Positions 28,572 to 37,998 of a DNA stretch of 44,204 nucleotides are shown piece by piece. The notes below the pieces were generated by a model that worked only from the letters and a program-made list of their open reading frames with translations, made no database searches and was not told the origin of the DNA. A program made the translations under genes and the position numbers. The stretch is from positions 1 through 44,204 of the IMG/VR virus record IMGVR_UViG_3300035235_000230. One strand, written 5' to 3'. This DNA comes from a virus (Duplodnaviria; Caudoviricetes). Within the stretch, counting starts at the first letter, position 1. Every line of letters begins with the position of its first letter.

Positions 28572-28748
28572 ATGACTGAGCAACAACGCGACGCAATCAA
28601 GCGCATACATGCAAACCATGCTATCAAGATGCCCCTGCATTTATATTTGGAAACGGCGCGGCCAGAGTTGGGGTGGCCAGATAGTTTAATTATCAAGGCG
28701 AACGATCTTGTGATTGGGATTGAACCGGACGGTTACGCTCACACATAA
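28572..28748 (+). CDS. Hypothetical protein (58 aa); absent from the ORF track
   Basis: GAGG RBS; MTEQQRDAIKRI...IGIEPDGYAHT. Confidence 0.55.
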   Translation: MTEQQRDAIKRIHANHAIKMPLHLYLETARPELGWPDSLIIKANDLVIGIEPDGYAHT

Positions 28749-28887
28749 AAACGCACCTTGGTTGCGTTCATTGGCTCGCCAGTTCGTTCTGGCGGGCCTT
28801 TTTTATTTGTTTATAAAACTTGCGCCCGCCGCCCGCCCTCTTTCGTTCTTAAACGTATGGACGTGGCGCGTGGCGCATGGACGGCGG

Positions 28888-28939
28888 CACCGGATCCGCC
28901 GATTGCGGCGTTGCTCGATCACCGGATCCGCCGATTGCG
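28888..28939. repeat. 20-nt direct repeat in GC-rich non-coding DNA upstream of terL
   Basis: CACCGGATCCGCCGATTGCG at 28888 and 28920. Confidence 0.85.
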
Positions 28940-29261
28940 AGGCGCAGCTGCGCGACGGTTGCACCAGCTGGCGCGGATTTACTGCGCGGAAAACGGCGCA
29001 AAATTAATTGCATGCCTGCATTAAATTAGATCCGCGCAATTAATTAATTGCACCGGCTGGCACGGTTCGCGGCTCTTTTTTTGGGGCAGGGGCCCCTGCC
29101 TATCGGGTCAAATTGCGCAGTTTTCGCGCCAGATTCCGCGGTTTTCGCGCCGCGCACAGGGGTTTGCGCCACGGGTGCATGGGCCATGTTTTTGACAAAT
29201 AATCATGTAGAAAATACATTTGGTTTGCGTTAAGTTACATAAAATCGCATAGGGGCCCCCG

Positions 29262-30719
29262 ATGAATGCAACCGTAGGTTCAGTCGAAGATAAAGTGTTA
29301 AAGTTGCAGTTGCGTTTAGCGCAATTGGAGAAGAACGAGTTAGCGCAAAATAGTTTTCTACATTTTGTACATGCTATGTGGCCAGAGTTTATATCTGGTA
29401 GGCACCATAGAATTATCGCTGAGAAGCTTCAGCGGGTCGCGAGCGGCGATCTAAAGCGCTTGATTATTAACATGGCACCGCGGCACACGAAGAGTGAGTT
29501 TGCGTCGTTTTTGTTTCCTGCTTGGATGATGGGTCAGAACCCTCGGATGAAGATTATTCAGGCGACGCATACGACGGAGTTGGCTGTTGGTTTTGGTCGG
29601 AAGACGAAGAATCTTTTGGACACGGATGAGTACAAGGAGATTTTTCCTGATGTGAGGTTGGCTGCGGATAGTAAGGCATCTGGTCGGTGGGACACGAGCC
29701 GTGGCGGGATGTATTATGCTGTTGGTGTTGGGAGTAACTTGGCGGGTCGTGGTGGTGATTTGGTGATTATTGATGATCCACATTCTGAGCAGACGGCTAT
29801 GAGTAACAGTGGTTTTGATGATGCTTGGGATTGGTATACTGGGGGCCCTCGTCAGCGTTTACAGCCGGGAGGTAGTATAGTTTTGGTTCAGACTCGTTGG
29901 TCTGAGAAGGATATGACGGGTCAGTTATTGCGGGCTATGGCTAAGGATCCTTTGGCGGATCAGTGGGAGGTTGTTGAGTTACCTGCGATATTTGATGATG
30001 GTAAGCCGTGTTGGCCTGAGTACTGGAGTTTGGAGGATTTAACTGCGGTTAAGGCTTCTATTCCGCCTAGTAAGTGGAATGCGCAGTATCAGCAGAAGCC
30101 GACTGGTGAGGAGAATGCGATCATACCGCGTGAGTGGTGGCGTATTTGGGAGGGTGAGAACATCCCTCAATTGCAGTATGTGATACAGAGTTATGATACT
30201 GCGTTTACGAAGCGGGAGCGTTCTGACTTTAGTGCGATTACGACATGGGGGGTGTTTTATCCGGAGGAGGGTGGTCCGCCTAATTTAATATTGTTGGATG
30301 CGAAGAAGGGTCGGTATGATTTTCCTGAGTTAAAGGCGTTGGCGTTTGAGGAGTATGAGTATTGGGATCCTGATACGGTGATTATTGAGGCGAAGGCGAG
30401 TGGATTGCCATTGACGCATGAGATGCGTCAGACGGGGATACCTGTTGTGAATTTCACGCCTAGTAAGGGGAATGACAAGGTAAGTCGTGTTTATGCTGTG
30501 ACTCCGTTGTTTGAGGCAGGTATGGTTTGGGCCCCTGACAAGAGTTGGGCGGATGAGTTGATTGAGGAGGTTGCGGCGTTTCCGGAGGGGGAGTATGACG
30601 ATTTGGTAGATAGCATGACGCAGGCGTTAATGCGGTATCGTCAGGGGAACTTTATTCAGTTACCAACAGATGATTGGCATGATGTAGAAAAGTCTGCTAT
30701 GGTTAGGGCGTATTACTAG
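29262..30719 (+). CDS. terL: Terminase large subunit
   Basis: APRHTKS Walker A, IIDDP Walker B, QSYDTA and YDDLVD nuclease motifs. Confidence 0.95.
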   Translation: MNATVGSVEDKVLKLQLRLAQLEKNELAQNSFLHFVHAMWPEFISGRHHRIIAEKLQRVASGDLKRLIINMAPRHTKSEFASFLFPAWMMGQNPRMKIIQATHTTELAVGFGRKTKNLLDTDEYKEIFPDVRLAADSKASGRWDTSRGGMYYAVGVGSNLAGRGGDLVIIDDPHSEQTAMSNSGFDDAWDWYTGGPRQRLQPGGSIVLVQTRWSEKDMTGQLLRAMAKDPLADQWEVVELPAIFDDGKPCWPEYWSLEDLTAVKASIPPSKWNAQYQQKPTGEENAIIPREWWRIWEGENIPQLQYVIQSYDTAFTKRERSDFSAITTWGVFYPEEGGPPNLILLDAKKGRYDFPELKALAFEEYEYWDPDTVIIEAKASGLPLTHEMRQTGIPVVNFTPSKGNDKVSRVYAVTPLFEAGMVWAPDKSWADELIEEVAAFPEGEYDDLVDSMTQALMRYRQGNFIQLPTDDWHDVEKSAMVRAYY

Positions 30720-30728
30720 GAGAGTCGG

Positions 30729-33137
30729 ATGGCGCGGGCACCTATTGGCGGTTTGATGGACACGAATGTTCCGTCTCAGTTTGACGAGGCGGATTTAAGT
30801 GCTGAGTTAGAGTTAGAGATACCGGATTCCCAAGAGACTCCTTTGATGCTGGATAGCGGGGAGGAGATTGAGATTGTTGAGGAGGATGACGGGAGTGTTC
30901 TTGTAGACTTTGATCCTTCTGAGGACATGGCGGATGTTGGGTTTGATGAGAACTTGGCGGAGGTTATGGAGGATCGTGAGTTGGGTGCGATTGCATCTGA
31001 GTTGATGGGTGAGTTTGACGCGAACAAGGCCAGTCGTCAGGAATGGGAAGATGCGTATACTGAGGGGTTAGAGCTTTTGGGCTTTAACTATCAGGAGCGG
31101 ACGGAGCCGTTTCGTGGAGCCTCTGGTGTGACTCACCCGTTATTGGCGGAGGCTGCGACGCAGTTTCAGGCGCAGGCGTTTAACGAGTTATTGCCGTCAT
31201 CTGGGCCTGTTCGGACTGCAATTATGGGTGATGAGACTCGTGAGAAGCAGGATCAGGCGTCACGTGTTCGTGGGTTTATGAACTATTACATTACGAATGT
31301 GATGGATGATTACACTCCTGACATGGATCAGATGTTGTTTTATTTACCGTTGGCGGGAAGTACGTTTAAGAAGGTTTATTACGATGAGGTAATGGGCCGT
31401 GCGGTAAGTAAGTTTGTTCCTGCGGAGCAGTTGGTTGTTCCGTATGAGACGTCTGATTTGGATACGTGTTCGAATATTGCGCATGTTATTCGGATGAATT
31501 TGAATGATTTACGCAAGCAACAGTTGGCGGGTATTTACCGTGATATACCGATTATACCGCAACAGGCTGATGCGAGTGAGGTACAGGGTGAGTTGGATCG
31601 TATTACGGGATTTGAGCCCGGAAGTATTGATTATGACTGTACTTTGTTGGAGTTCCACGCGAATTTAGACCTTGAGGGGTTTGAAGATGTGGATGAAGAC
31701 GGGGAGCCTACGGGTATTAAGATTCCTTATATTGTGACGATTTCGCAAGATAATGGGCAGATATTGTCTATTCGGCGTAATTATCGCGAGGACGATGAGT
31801 TAAAGCGTAAAATACAATATTTTGTACATTACAAGTTTTTACCGGGCTTTGGTTTTTATGGGTTGGGGTTGATCCATACGATTGGTGGTTTGTCACGAAC
31901 TGCCACAGCGGCGCTGCGACAGTTGATCGACGCTGGTACGTTGTCCAATCTCCCAGCGGGTTTCAAGGCCCGCGGACTACGGATCAGGGACGATGATGAT
32001 CCGTTGCAGCCGGGTGAGTTCAGAGATGTGGACGCACCGGGAGGGGCTATTCGTGACAGCCTGATGCCGCTGCCATTTAAGGGTCCGGACCAGACTTTGT
32101 TTCAGTTGCTGGGTTTTGTGGTTCAGGCGGGTCAGAGGTTTGCGACTATTACTGACATGAAGGTTGGTGATGGTAATCAGAACGCTGCGGTAGGTACGAC
32201 TCTGGCTATGTTGGAGCAGGGTTCGCGAGTAATGAGTGCTGTACATAAGCGGCTTCATTATGCGATGCGGATGGAGTTTAAGCTGCTTTCGCGGGTGATG
32301 AGCGAGTTTTTACCGCAGGAGTATCCTTATACGGTTGAGGGCAGTGATCAGGCGGTTATGGCGTCTGATTTCGATGATCGTGTGGACATTGTTCCTGTTA
32401 GTAATCCGAATACGTTTAGTCAGGCACAGCGGATAGCTTTGGCCCAGACTAAGATGCAGTTGGCTGGAGCGGCCCCTGAGTTGCATAATATGCACGAGGT
32501 GTATCGTGATATGTATGAGGCGATTGGTGTTACGGATGTTGATCGTTTAATGAAGAAGGTTCCGGACGAGGAGCCGCGGCCCTTGGACCCTGCTTCTGAG
32601 AATATTAACGCGATGGACATGGTTGAGTTGAATGCGTTTCAGGGTCAGAACCATCAGGCTCATATTATGGCTCACTTGGTGTTTGGTTCTAGTCCGATGG
32701 TTGGTGGAATGCCTCCTGTTGCGATTTCGATTCAGAAGCATGTTATGGAGCATGTAAAGTTGCAGGCGGAAGAGCAGGCGATGATGCAGTTACAGCAAGC
32801 TGGACCGATGCCCGCGGATCAACAGGAGATGCAATATCAGGCGTTGGTTGCGCAGGGCGTGGCGCAGGGTATGCAGCAAGCCAAGCAGATGAGCGCACAA
32901 GTCTCTGGTCAGGGACCGGATCCTTTGATAAAGTTGAAGGAGCAGGAGTTGCAGATCAAGGCTCAAGCGGAGCAGTCGGATGCGCAATTGGATCAGGCGA
33001 AATTGCAGCTTGATGCGCAGAACCAGCAGATGCGTGGAGAGCAGTTTGAGAAGCGGCTCGCGAGCCAAGAGGCTATGACCGCGGCGCGTATTGACAGTGC
33101 GATGCAGCGTGAAATTATGAAGCAAAGGGGTCAGTAA
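30729..33137 (+). CDS. Portal protein
   Basis: 802 aa directly after terL, P22-like size with GFGFYGLG and a Q-rich C-terminal coil. Confidence 0.85.
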   Translation: MARAPIGGLMDTNVPSQFDEADLSAELELEIPDSQETPLMLDSGEEIEIVEEDDGSVLVDFDPSEDMADVGFDENLAEVMEDRELGAIASELMGEFDANKASRQEWEDAYTEGLELLGFNYQERTEPFRGASGVTHPLLAEAATQFQAQAFNELLPSSGPVRTAIMGDETREKQDQASRVRGFMNYYITNVMDDYTPDMDQMLFYLPLAGSTFKKVYYDEVMGRAVSKFVPAEQLVVPYETSDLDTCSNIAHVIRMNLNDLRKQQLAGIYRDIPIIPQQADASEVQGELDRITGFEPGSIDYDCTLLEFHANLDLEGFEDVDEDGEPTGIKIPYIVTISQDNGQILSIRRNYREDDELKRKIQYFVHYKFLPGFGFYGLGLIHTIGGLSRTATAALRQLIDAGTLSNLPAGFKARGLRIRDDDDPLQPGEFRDVDAPGGAIRDSLMPLPFKGPDQTLFQLLGFVVQAGQRFATITDMKVGDGNQNAAVGTTLAMLEQGSRVMSAVHKRLHYAMRMEFKLLSRVMSEFLPQEYPYTVEGSDQAVMASDFDDRVDIVPVSNPNTFSQAQRIALAQTKMQLAGAAPELHNMHEVYRDMYEAIGVTDVDRLMKKVPDEEPRPLDPASENINAMDMVELNAFQGQNHQAHIMAHLVFGSSPMVGGMPPVAISIQKHVMEHVKLQAEEQAMMQLQQAGPMPADQQEMQYQALVAQGVAQGMQQAKQMSAQVSGQGPDPLIKLKEQELQIKAQAEQSDAQLDQAKLQLDAQNQQMRGEQFEKRLASQEAMTAARIDSAMQREIMKQRGQ

Positions 33138-33340
33138 TGGCAAGTGTAAAGATTGTGACGAATACACCGGGCGCGGCACCTAAACCGCAGAAATATGCTG
33201 ATATTAAGGATCAAGGGAAGATTCCTTATTGTCAGATGGAAGAGATTGCTACGCCCAACACCGCTAAAGCTAAAGTAACAACAGGGAAGAAGCGAGGCAT
33301 GGGGGCCGCGTTACGCGGCTCACGTTTCACTAATGCCTAA
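33137..33340 (+). CDS. Small basic virion-region protein
   Basis: TAATG coupling; C-terminal RGMGAALRG. Confidence 0.6.
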   Translation: MASVKIVTNTPGAAPKPQKYADIKDQGKIPYCQMEEIATPNTAKAKVTTGKKRGMGAALRGSRFTNA

Positions 33341-33516
33341 TGCTGTGTGCTCTCACCGCGGTTTTGGTGGGGATGCACGGGGGCGACCTTCATAAGGCGT
33401 GTGTATACCGCTGTCCTAGAGACGTTTCGTATTTTTATTATCACTATCCGCGGATAGTACGGATTCCGTATGACTTTCGTTGTCCGCCTTTTGTTAAGGT
33501 GGGTGAGAAGGTATGA
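33340..33516 (+). CDS. Small Cys-containing protein (58 aa); absent from the ORF track
   Basis: MLCALTAV...CVYRCP...FRCPP; coupled to neighbours at both ends (TAATG, ATGA). Confidence 0.5.
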   Translation: MLCALTAVLVGMHGGDLHKACVYRCPRDVSYFYYHYPRIVRIPYDFRCPPFVKVGEKV

Positions 33517-33956
33517 TTGATCCATTTACGGCGCTTGCGGCGGTAAAGTCTGCCGTCTCCGCGGGCAAGGAACTAATCAATGTCACCAAGCAAATTGGTG
33601 AGTTTTTCGACGGCGTGGATGATTTACGCGCTGCGCACGAAAAAAAGAAAAACAGCTTGTTTTCAGGGTCCGATGAAAACGCGATGGAGACTTTTGTGAA
33701 TTTACAGAGGGCCAGAGACGCGGAGGAGGAGCTTCGTCAGATCGTCATTGCAACCAGAGGTTTTAGCGCGTGGGGTGAACTGCAAGCTATACGGGTGCAA
33801 GCAAGAAAAGATCGCAAAGCAAAGATAGAAGCAGAGAGGAAGCGCAAAGCAAAGCTGGTTGAGCGCATCGTGATCTATGGCGGCGCAGTAATCATTGTTT
33901 CTATAATGATTGGGATCACGGTTGTCATTATTTTAGCAAAGCAGGGTCGGTTGTGA
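33513..33956 (+). CDS. Membrane-anchored coiled-coil protein
   Basis: C-terminal TM helix IVIYGGAVIIVSIMIGITVVIIL. Confidence 0.65.
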   Translation: MIDPFTALAAVKSAVSAGKELINVTKQIGEFFDGVDDLRAAHEKKKNSLFSGSDENAMETFVNLQRARDAEEELRQIVIATRGFSAWGELQAIRVQARKDRKAKIEAERKRKAKLVERIVIYGGAVIIVSIMIGITVVIILAKQGRL

Positions 33957-34207
33957 GTGACGGTTTAAGCGGGGTCGGGTCTGCACCTTTTAATATCGGA
34001 AGCCACATACACGAGCAAACCAGAGCCCGTGAGGCTATTGAAACACATTTGTCGGAGCAACGCGTGGAGAAAGAGCATAGGGCGAACCACAGCCACTTAG
34101 AGGCGCTTGCAAAGCAGAGATTTGATTTACAGGAAAGTTATGATAGGTTTGGGCGCAAGACTAATGCGGATAGGCCGCAGGGAACGAAGTTAAACATAGA
34201 GGTTTGA
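33953..34207 (+). CDS. Hypothetical protein (84 aa)
   Basis: GTGA overlap with the upstream stop. Confidence 0.55.
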   Translation: MSDGLSGVGSAPFNIGSHIHEQTRAREAIETHLSEQRVEKEHRANHSHLEALAKQRFDLQESYDRFGRKTNADRPQGTKLNIEV

Positions 34208-34208
34208 C

Positions 34209-34409
34209 ATGGCTAATACCTTTGAAAAGATCCTTCAATATCGGCTTATGCCGCGTATTATGATGTTTGTTATGATGGTGATGTACATCAAGGTGATAAA
34301 TTGGGGGATGAGTTTGGACGACCTATCAACACAGCAATCTGCCATGATTAGTGTTGTTAGCGGTGCGATGACAGGCACGATAGCCGTGTGGTTAGGGTCT
34401 GAGAAATGA
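34209..34409 (+). CDS. Small two-TM membrane protein of the lysis cassette
   Basis: Two hydrophobic helices; GAGG RBS. Confidence 0.6.
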   Translation: MANTFEKILQYRLMPRIMMFVMMVMYIKVINWGMSLDDLSTQQSAMISVVSGAMTGTIAVWLGSEK

Positions 34410-34795
34410 GTATCTTTACCGCTGCATTAGGGCCGATAGCAAACCTTGCAGGCTCTTGGTTACAAGGCAAAGCCGATAAGAACGCTGCTGCTGCGGAGCT
34501 AAAGCTAACTGAGGCGAAGGCGAAAGCCCAGATATTATTGTCCGAAAAGACAAGCGTTGCTGACTGGGAACGCATCATGGCAGAGGGCGCAAAATCAAGC
34601 TGGAAGGACGAATGGTTCGTAGTAATTCTGTCTATCCCATTGATTTTATGTTGGATTCCGGGTGCAGAAGGTTGGGTTGACCGTGGCTTTCAGCAGCTTA
34701 ATAAGGCCCCGGACTGGTATTTTTACAGCCTTGGAATTGCAATTTCAGCCAGTTTTGGTGTGCGCGGGGCGCAAGCCTTTTTTAAGAGGAAATGA
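34406..34795 (+). CDS. Putative holin (3TM GTA-holin-like)
   Basis: SWKDEW, TM helices and ASFGVR; directly upstream of the endolysin. Confidence 0.65.
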   Translation: MSIFTAALGPIANLAGSWLQGKADKNAAAAELKLTEAKAKAQILLSEKTSVADWERIMAEGAKSSWKDEWFVVILSIPLILCWIPGAEGWVDRGFQQLNKAPDWYFYSLGIAISASFGVRGAQAFFKRK

Positions 34796-34796
34796 T

Positions 34797-35270
34797 ATGA
34801 GTTTTAAACTTAGCAGACGCAGCCTTGATAGGCTTGAGGGAATTGACGACAGCCTACAGGCGGTTGTGAAGATGGCGATAACTCTGACCAAAACCGATTT
34901 TGGCGTGGTGCAGGGTATGAGAACCGTTGAGCAACAAAAAGAACTTGTTGCCAAGGGCGCGAGCCAGACCATGCGGTCTAAGCACCTTGAGGGCAAAGCT
35001 TTCGATATCATGGCCTACATAAATGGTAGGGCGAGTTGGGAACTGTCTGTTTATGACGACCTAGCAGATGCTATCAAAGAGGCTGCAATACAGCTTAACG
35101 TCCCTATATGCTGGGGAGCGGCGTGGGGCACACCTGATATGCCGTATCCAATGGATATTCGTAAATGGGAAGGCACGATGGAAGAGGCTATGAACGCTTA
35201 TATTGACCTTCGCAGGTCACAGGGGCGCAGGCCTTTCATAGATGGCCCACATTTTGAAAGAATAGATTAA
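34797..35270 (+). CDS. Endolysin, M15-family Zn peptidase (L-Ala-D-Glu type)
   Basis: GMRTVEQQ, SKHLEGKAFDI and DGPHFE. Start at ATG 34797. Confidence 0.85.
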   Translation: MSFKLSRRSLDRLEGIDDSLQAVVKMAITLTKTDFGVVQGMRTVEQQKELVAKGASQTMRSKHLEGKAFDIMAYINGRASWELSVYDDLADAIKEAAIQLNVPICWGAAWGTPDMPYPMDIRKWEGTMEEAMNAYIDLRRSQGRRPFIDGPHFERID

Positions 35271-35336
35271 ACCTTTTCTTGCATATCTCTCCGATTATTC
35301 CTATAAATGGGTAGATTTTGTGGGAGTTTTTAGGAA

Positions 35337-35534
35337 TTGGACGAGATTTACATTGCGGAAGCGGTTTTTCGCATTATAAAAGAACGTAGACAAGGCGTTG
35401 TTGAACTCATGCAGTACGGCAACGTTAAGTCAATGGAGCAATATCGTGAGCTTATGGGCAATATGGAAGCCTTGAATCACGTGGAACAGGAACTCAAGGG
35501 CCTGCTAGATAAACAGGAGCGTAGCGTTGACTAA
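35337..35534 (+). CDS. Small conserved head-module protein
   Basis: TTG start after AGGA; SMEQYRELMG motif; precedes GroES. Confidence 0.55.
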   Translation: MDEIYIAEAVFRIIKERRQGVVELMQYGNVKSMEQYRELMGNMEALNHVEQELKGLLDKQERSVD

Positions 35535-35964
35535 GGTTGACCTCTCTGGCGTACAAGACGCCGTAAAAAATCTTTCGGACGCGTATGACGCTCCCAAAGT
35601 ACTTAATCCTGAAGCCATTGATGGATCTCTTTTAGATCGAATGCCTACGCCAACTGGTTGGCGCATTCTTATCTTGCCGTATCGCGGCAAAGGGAAAACA
35701 GAATCCGGAGTCTACCTTCCTGATCAGGTGGTAGAACAGAACCAAGTGTCCACACAGGTCGGTTACGTCCTTAAAACAGGCCCTCTTGTGTACAAAGATA
35801 CCGAAAAGTTTCCTGACGGACCTTGGTGCGCGGAAAAAGATTGGGTTATGTTTGCCCGATATTCTGGTTCTCGTTTTAATATTGACGGGGGCGAGGTTAG
35901 AATTTTGAATGACGATGAAATTCTTGCACGTATTAGTAATCCCGAAGACATCCTTCACTACTAG
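35527..35964 (+). CDS. groES: Co-chaperonin GroES (Cpn10)-like protein
   Basis: PTGWRILI, TESGVYLP, VMFARYSG and RILNDDEILA. Confidence 0.9.
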   Translation: MTKVDLSGVQDAVKNLSDAYDAPKVLNPEAIDGSLLDRMPTPTGWRILILPYRGKGKTESGVYLPDQVVEQNQVSTQVGYVLKTGPLVYKDTEKFPDGPWCAEKDWVMFARYSGSRFNIDGGEVRILNDDEILARISNPEDILHY

Positions 35965-35972
35965 AGGTAGAA

Positions 35973-36839
35973 ATGGCAGAAGAAAAACAAATTGAATTGG
36001 AACTGGACGGCGTTGAAGAGACGGAAGTAGAGGTAGATTCTCCCTCTCAAGAAGATAGTTCGTCCTCTATAGAGGTTTCTGAGCAGGACGAGTTTCAGAA
36101 GGCCGAAAACAATACTCAAAAACGTATTGATCGTTTGACTAAAAAGATGCGTGAAGCGCAGCGGCGAGAGGAAGAAGCTCTTCGTTACGCTAAAAGCGTT
36201 CAAGAAGAAGCGGAACAGCTTAAAACGCGGTTTGACAGCTTGGATACAAGTTATGTTAATGAGTATGAGAGCCGTGTAACCACTCAAATGGATCAAGCAG
36301 AGCAGGCTTTAGCTCGTGCTATGGAAATCGGTGATACCAGCGCCGCGGTAGATGCCAATAAGCGTATTGCGTCTCTTTCGATTGAAAATGATCGTTTATC
36401 GCAAGCTAAGATGCAGCAAGAAGCTCGTTCGCAACAGGTCCAGCAGCCGCAGCCGCAGCCGCAGCAAGCTCCTCAACAGCCCCAACAAATGCGTCGTCCT
36501 GACGCACGTGCGGAGCAATGGGCCCAGCAAAATGATTGGTTTGGCCAAGATGAGGCCATGACTTTTGCGGCTTTTGGAATACACAAACGATTGGTTGAGG
36601 CAGAAGGGTTTGACCCGACGACCGAAGACTACTATACTGAACTTGATCGGCGTATTGGAGATAAATTCAATATGCCTGCAAAAACCGCTAGTAAACGGCC
36701 CGCTCAGACCGTTGCTGGGGTATCAAGATCATCTGGGCGCAGCAGTGGGAAAAAGGTTAGACTCTCCCCTAGCCAAGTCGCAATAGCGAAGAAATTGGGA
36801 GTGCCGCTTGAAGCATACGCGAAGCACGTGAAGGAGTAA
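35973..36839 (+). CDS. Capsid scaffolding protein
   Basis: Acidic N-terminus, QKRIDRLT coil and C-terminal AIAKKLGVPLEAYAK; upstream of the capsid gene. Confidence 0.7.
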   Translation: MAEEKQIELELDGVEETEVEVDSPSQEDSSSSIEVSEQDEFQKAENNTQKRIDRLTKKMREAQRREEEALRYAKSVQEEAEQLKTRFDSLDTSYVNEYESRVTTQMDQAEQALARAMEIGDTSAAVDANKRIASLSIENDRLSQAKMQQEARSQQVQQPQPQPQQAPQQPQQMRRPDARAEQWAQQNDWFGQDEAMTFAAFGIHKRLVEAEGFDPTTEDYYTELDRRIGDKFNMPAKTASKRPAQTVAGVSRSSGRSSGKKVRLSPSQVAIAKKLGVPLEAYAKHVKE

Positions 36840-36842
36840 GTG

Positions 36843-37307
36843 ATGACAGATACAGTAAAACGGACTTCTCGCGCAAATGAAACGAGAGAGAAAACGGCGC
36901 AGCGTAAGCCGTGGGCTCCTCCCTCTATGTTAGATGCACCGCCTGCACCGGATGGTTTTCGGCATCGTTGGATTCGCGCGGAGACGCGTGGGTTTGATGA
37001 TACTAAAAACATTAGCGCAAAAATGCGCGAAGGTTGGGAATTGGTTCGTAAGGACGAATTTCCTGATTTTGAGGCCCCGGTACTTGATACAGGTAAATAT
37101 GAAGGTGTTTTTGGCGTAGGTGGCTTAGTTTTGGCTCGTATACCAGATGAAACCGCGGAAGAGCGCAATGCGTACTACCAAGCACGTAATGCGGATCAAG
37201 TAGAAGCTGTGGATTCTGAGTTGATGGCCCAAAACCAACATTCAACCATGACGATTTCTAAACCAGATCGTCAATCCCGTGTAACCTTCGGTGGCCCTCG
37301 CAGATAG
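36843..37307 (+). CDS. Conserved head-module protein
   Basis: GGAG RBS; RHRWIR...REGWELV. Confidence 0.65.
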   Translation: MTDTVKRTSRANETREKTAQRKPWAPPSMLDAPPAPDGFRHRWIRAETRGFDDTKNISAKMREGWELVRKDEFPDFEAPVLDTGKYEGVFGVGGLVLARIPDETAEERNAYYQARNADQVEAVDSELMAQNQHSTMTISKPDRQSRVTFGGPRR

Positions 37308-37337
37308 TTAGGGCTGCTCTGATAAGAGGAAAAACAA

Positions 37338-37985
37338 ATGGCAAATCAAGACACTGCCTTTGGTCTTCGTCCTATCGGGCTTAATGGCGCAGGATCTAAT
37401 ACCACTGGTGTAACTCAGTATGAGATTGCATCAAACAATACGAATGCTATTTTTCAGTATTCGCCAGTTATCCCACTGGCGGCTGGAGTAGTCGATATTG
37501 TTGGCAATGCCAATGGTGGTACAGTTCCTGCTCTTGGAGTCCTAATGGGCGTAGAGTATGTTGATAGTTCGTCAAAGAAACCAGTTTTCAAGAACTATTG
37601 GCCCGGTTCAAACAACGCAAGCGTTGATACGAACCATCCCGTAAAAGCTTTTGTGGCTGATAATCCAAATCAATTGTTTATGGTTGCGGCAGACACTTCG
37701 TCTACTAATCGTGCAACCGCGCTATCGAACATTTTTGCAAACTGTTCTTTGGCTACAGCAACTTCGGGTTCAACCACAAATGGTCGTTCTACTGGGGAGC
37801 TTGATATCTCTACAGTGGCGAACACAGCTACGTTGTTCATGCGCGTTGTCGGCCTTACGGGCGATGAAGCCAACTTGGATTATGATGCGGCTGGTGTGAA
37901 CTATGTTGTTCGCTTTAACTTCCACCACAATGCGCCTGTTGCGGCTTCGGCTTCGCAAACGACGTCATTGTCAACTGGCATTTAA
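37338..37985 (+). CDS. Putative capsid decoration / minor capsid protein
   Basis: MANQDTAFGLRP start, A/T/S/G-rich beta protein immediately before the major capsid gene. Confidence 0.6.
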   Translation: MANQDTAFGLRPIGLNGAGSNTTGVTQYEIASNNTNAIFQYSPVIPLAAGVVDIVGNANGGTVPALGVLMGVEYVDSSSKKPVFKNYWPGSNNASVDTNHPVKAFVADNPNQLFMVAADTSSTNRATALSNIFANCSLATATSGSTTNGRSTGELDISTVANTATLFMRVVGLTGDEANLDYDAAGVNYVVRFNFHHNAPVAASASQTTSLSTGI

Positions 37986-37998
37986 GGAGGGCTGAAAT

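Noticed and set aside
28714-29233. ORFs of 97, 88 and 61 aa upstream of terL
   Set aside because: No RBS, near-cognate starts and R/A-rich translations of repeat DNA; treated as non-coding.
36441-36465. CAGCCG tandem repeat
   Set aside because: It encodes a QP linker within the scaffold protein and is ordinary low complexity.
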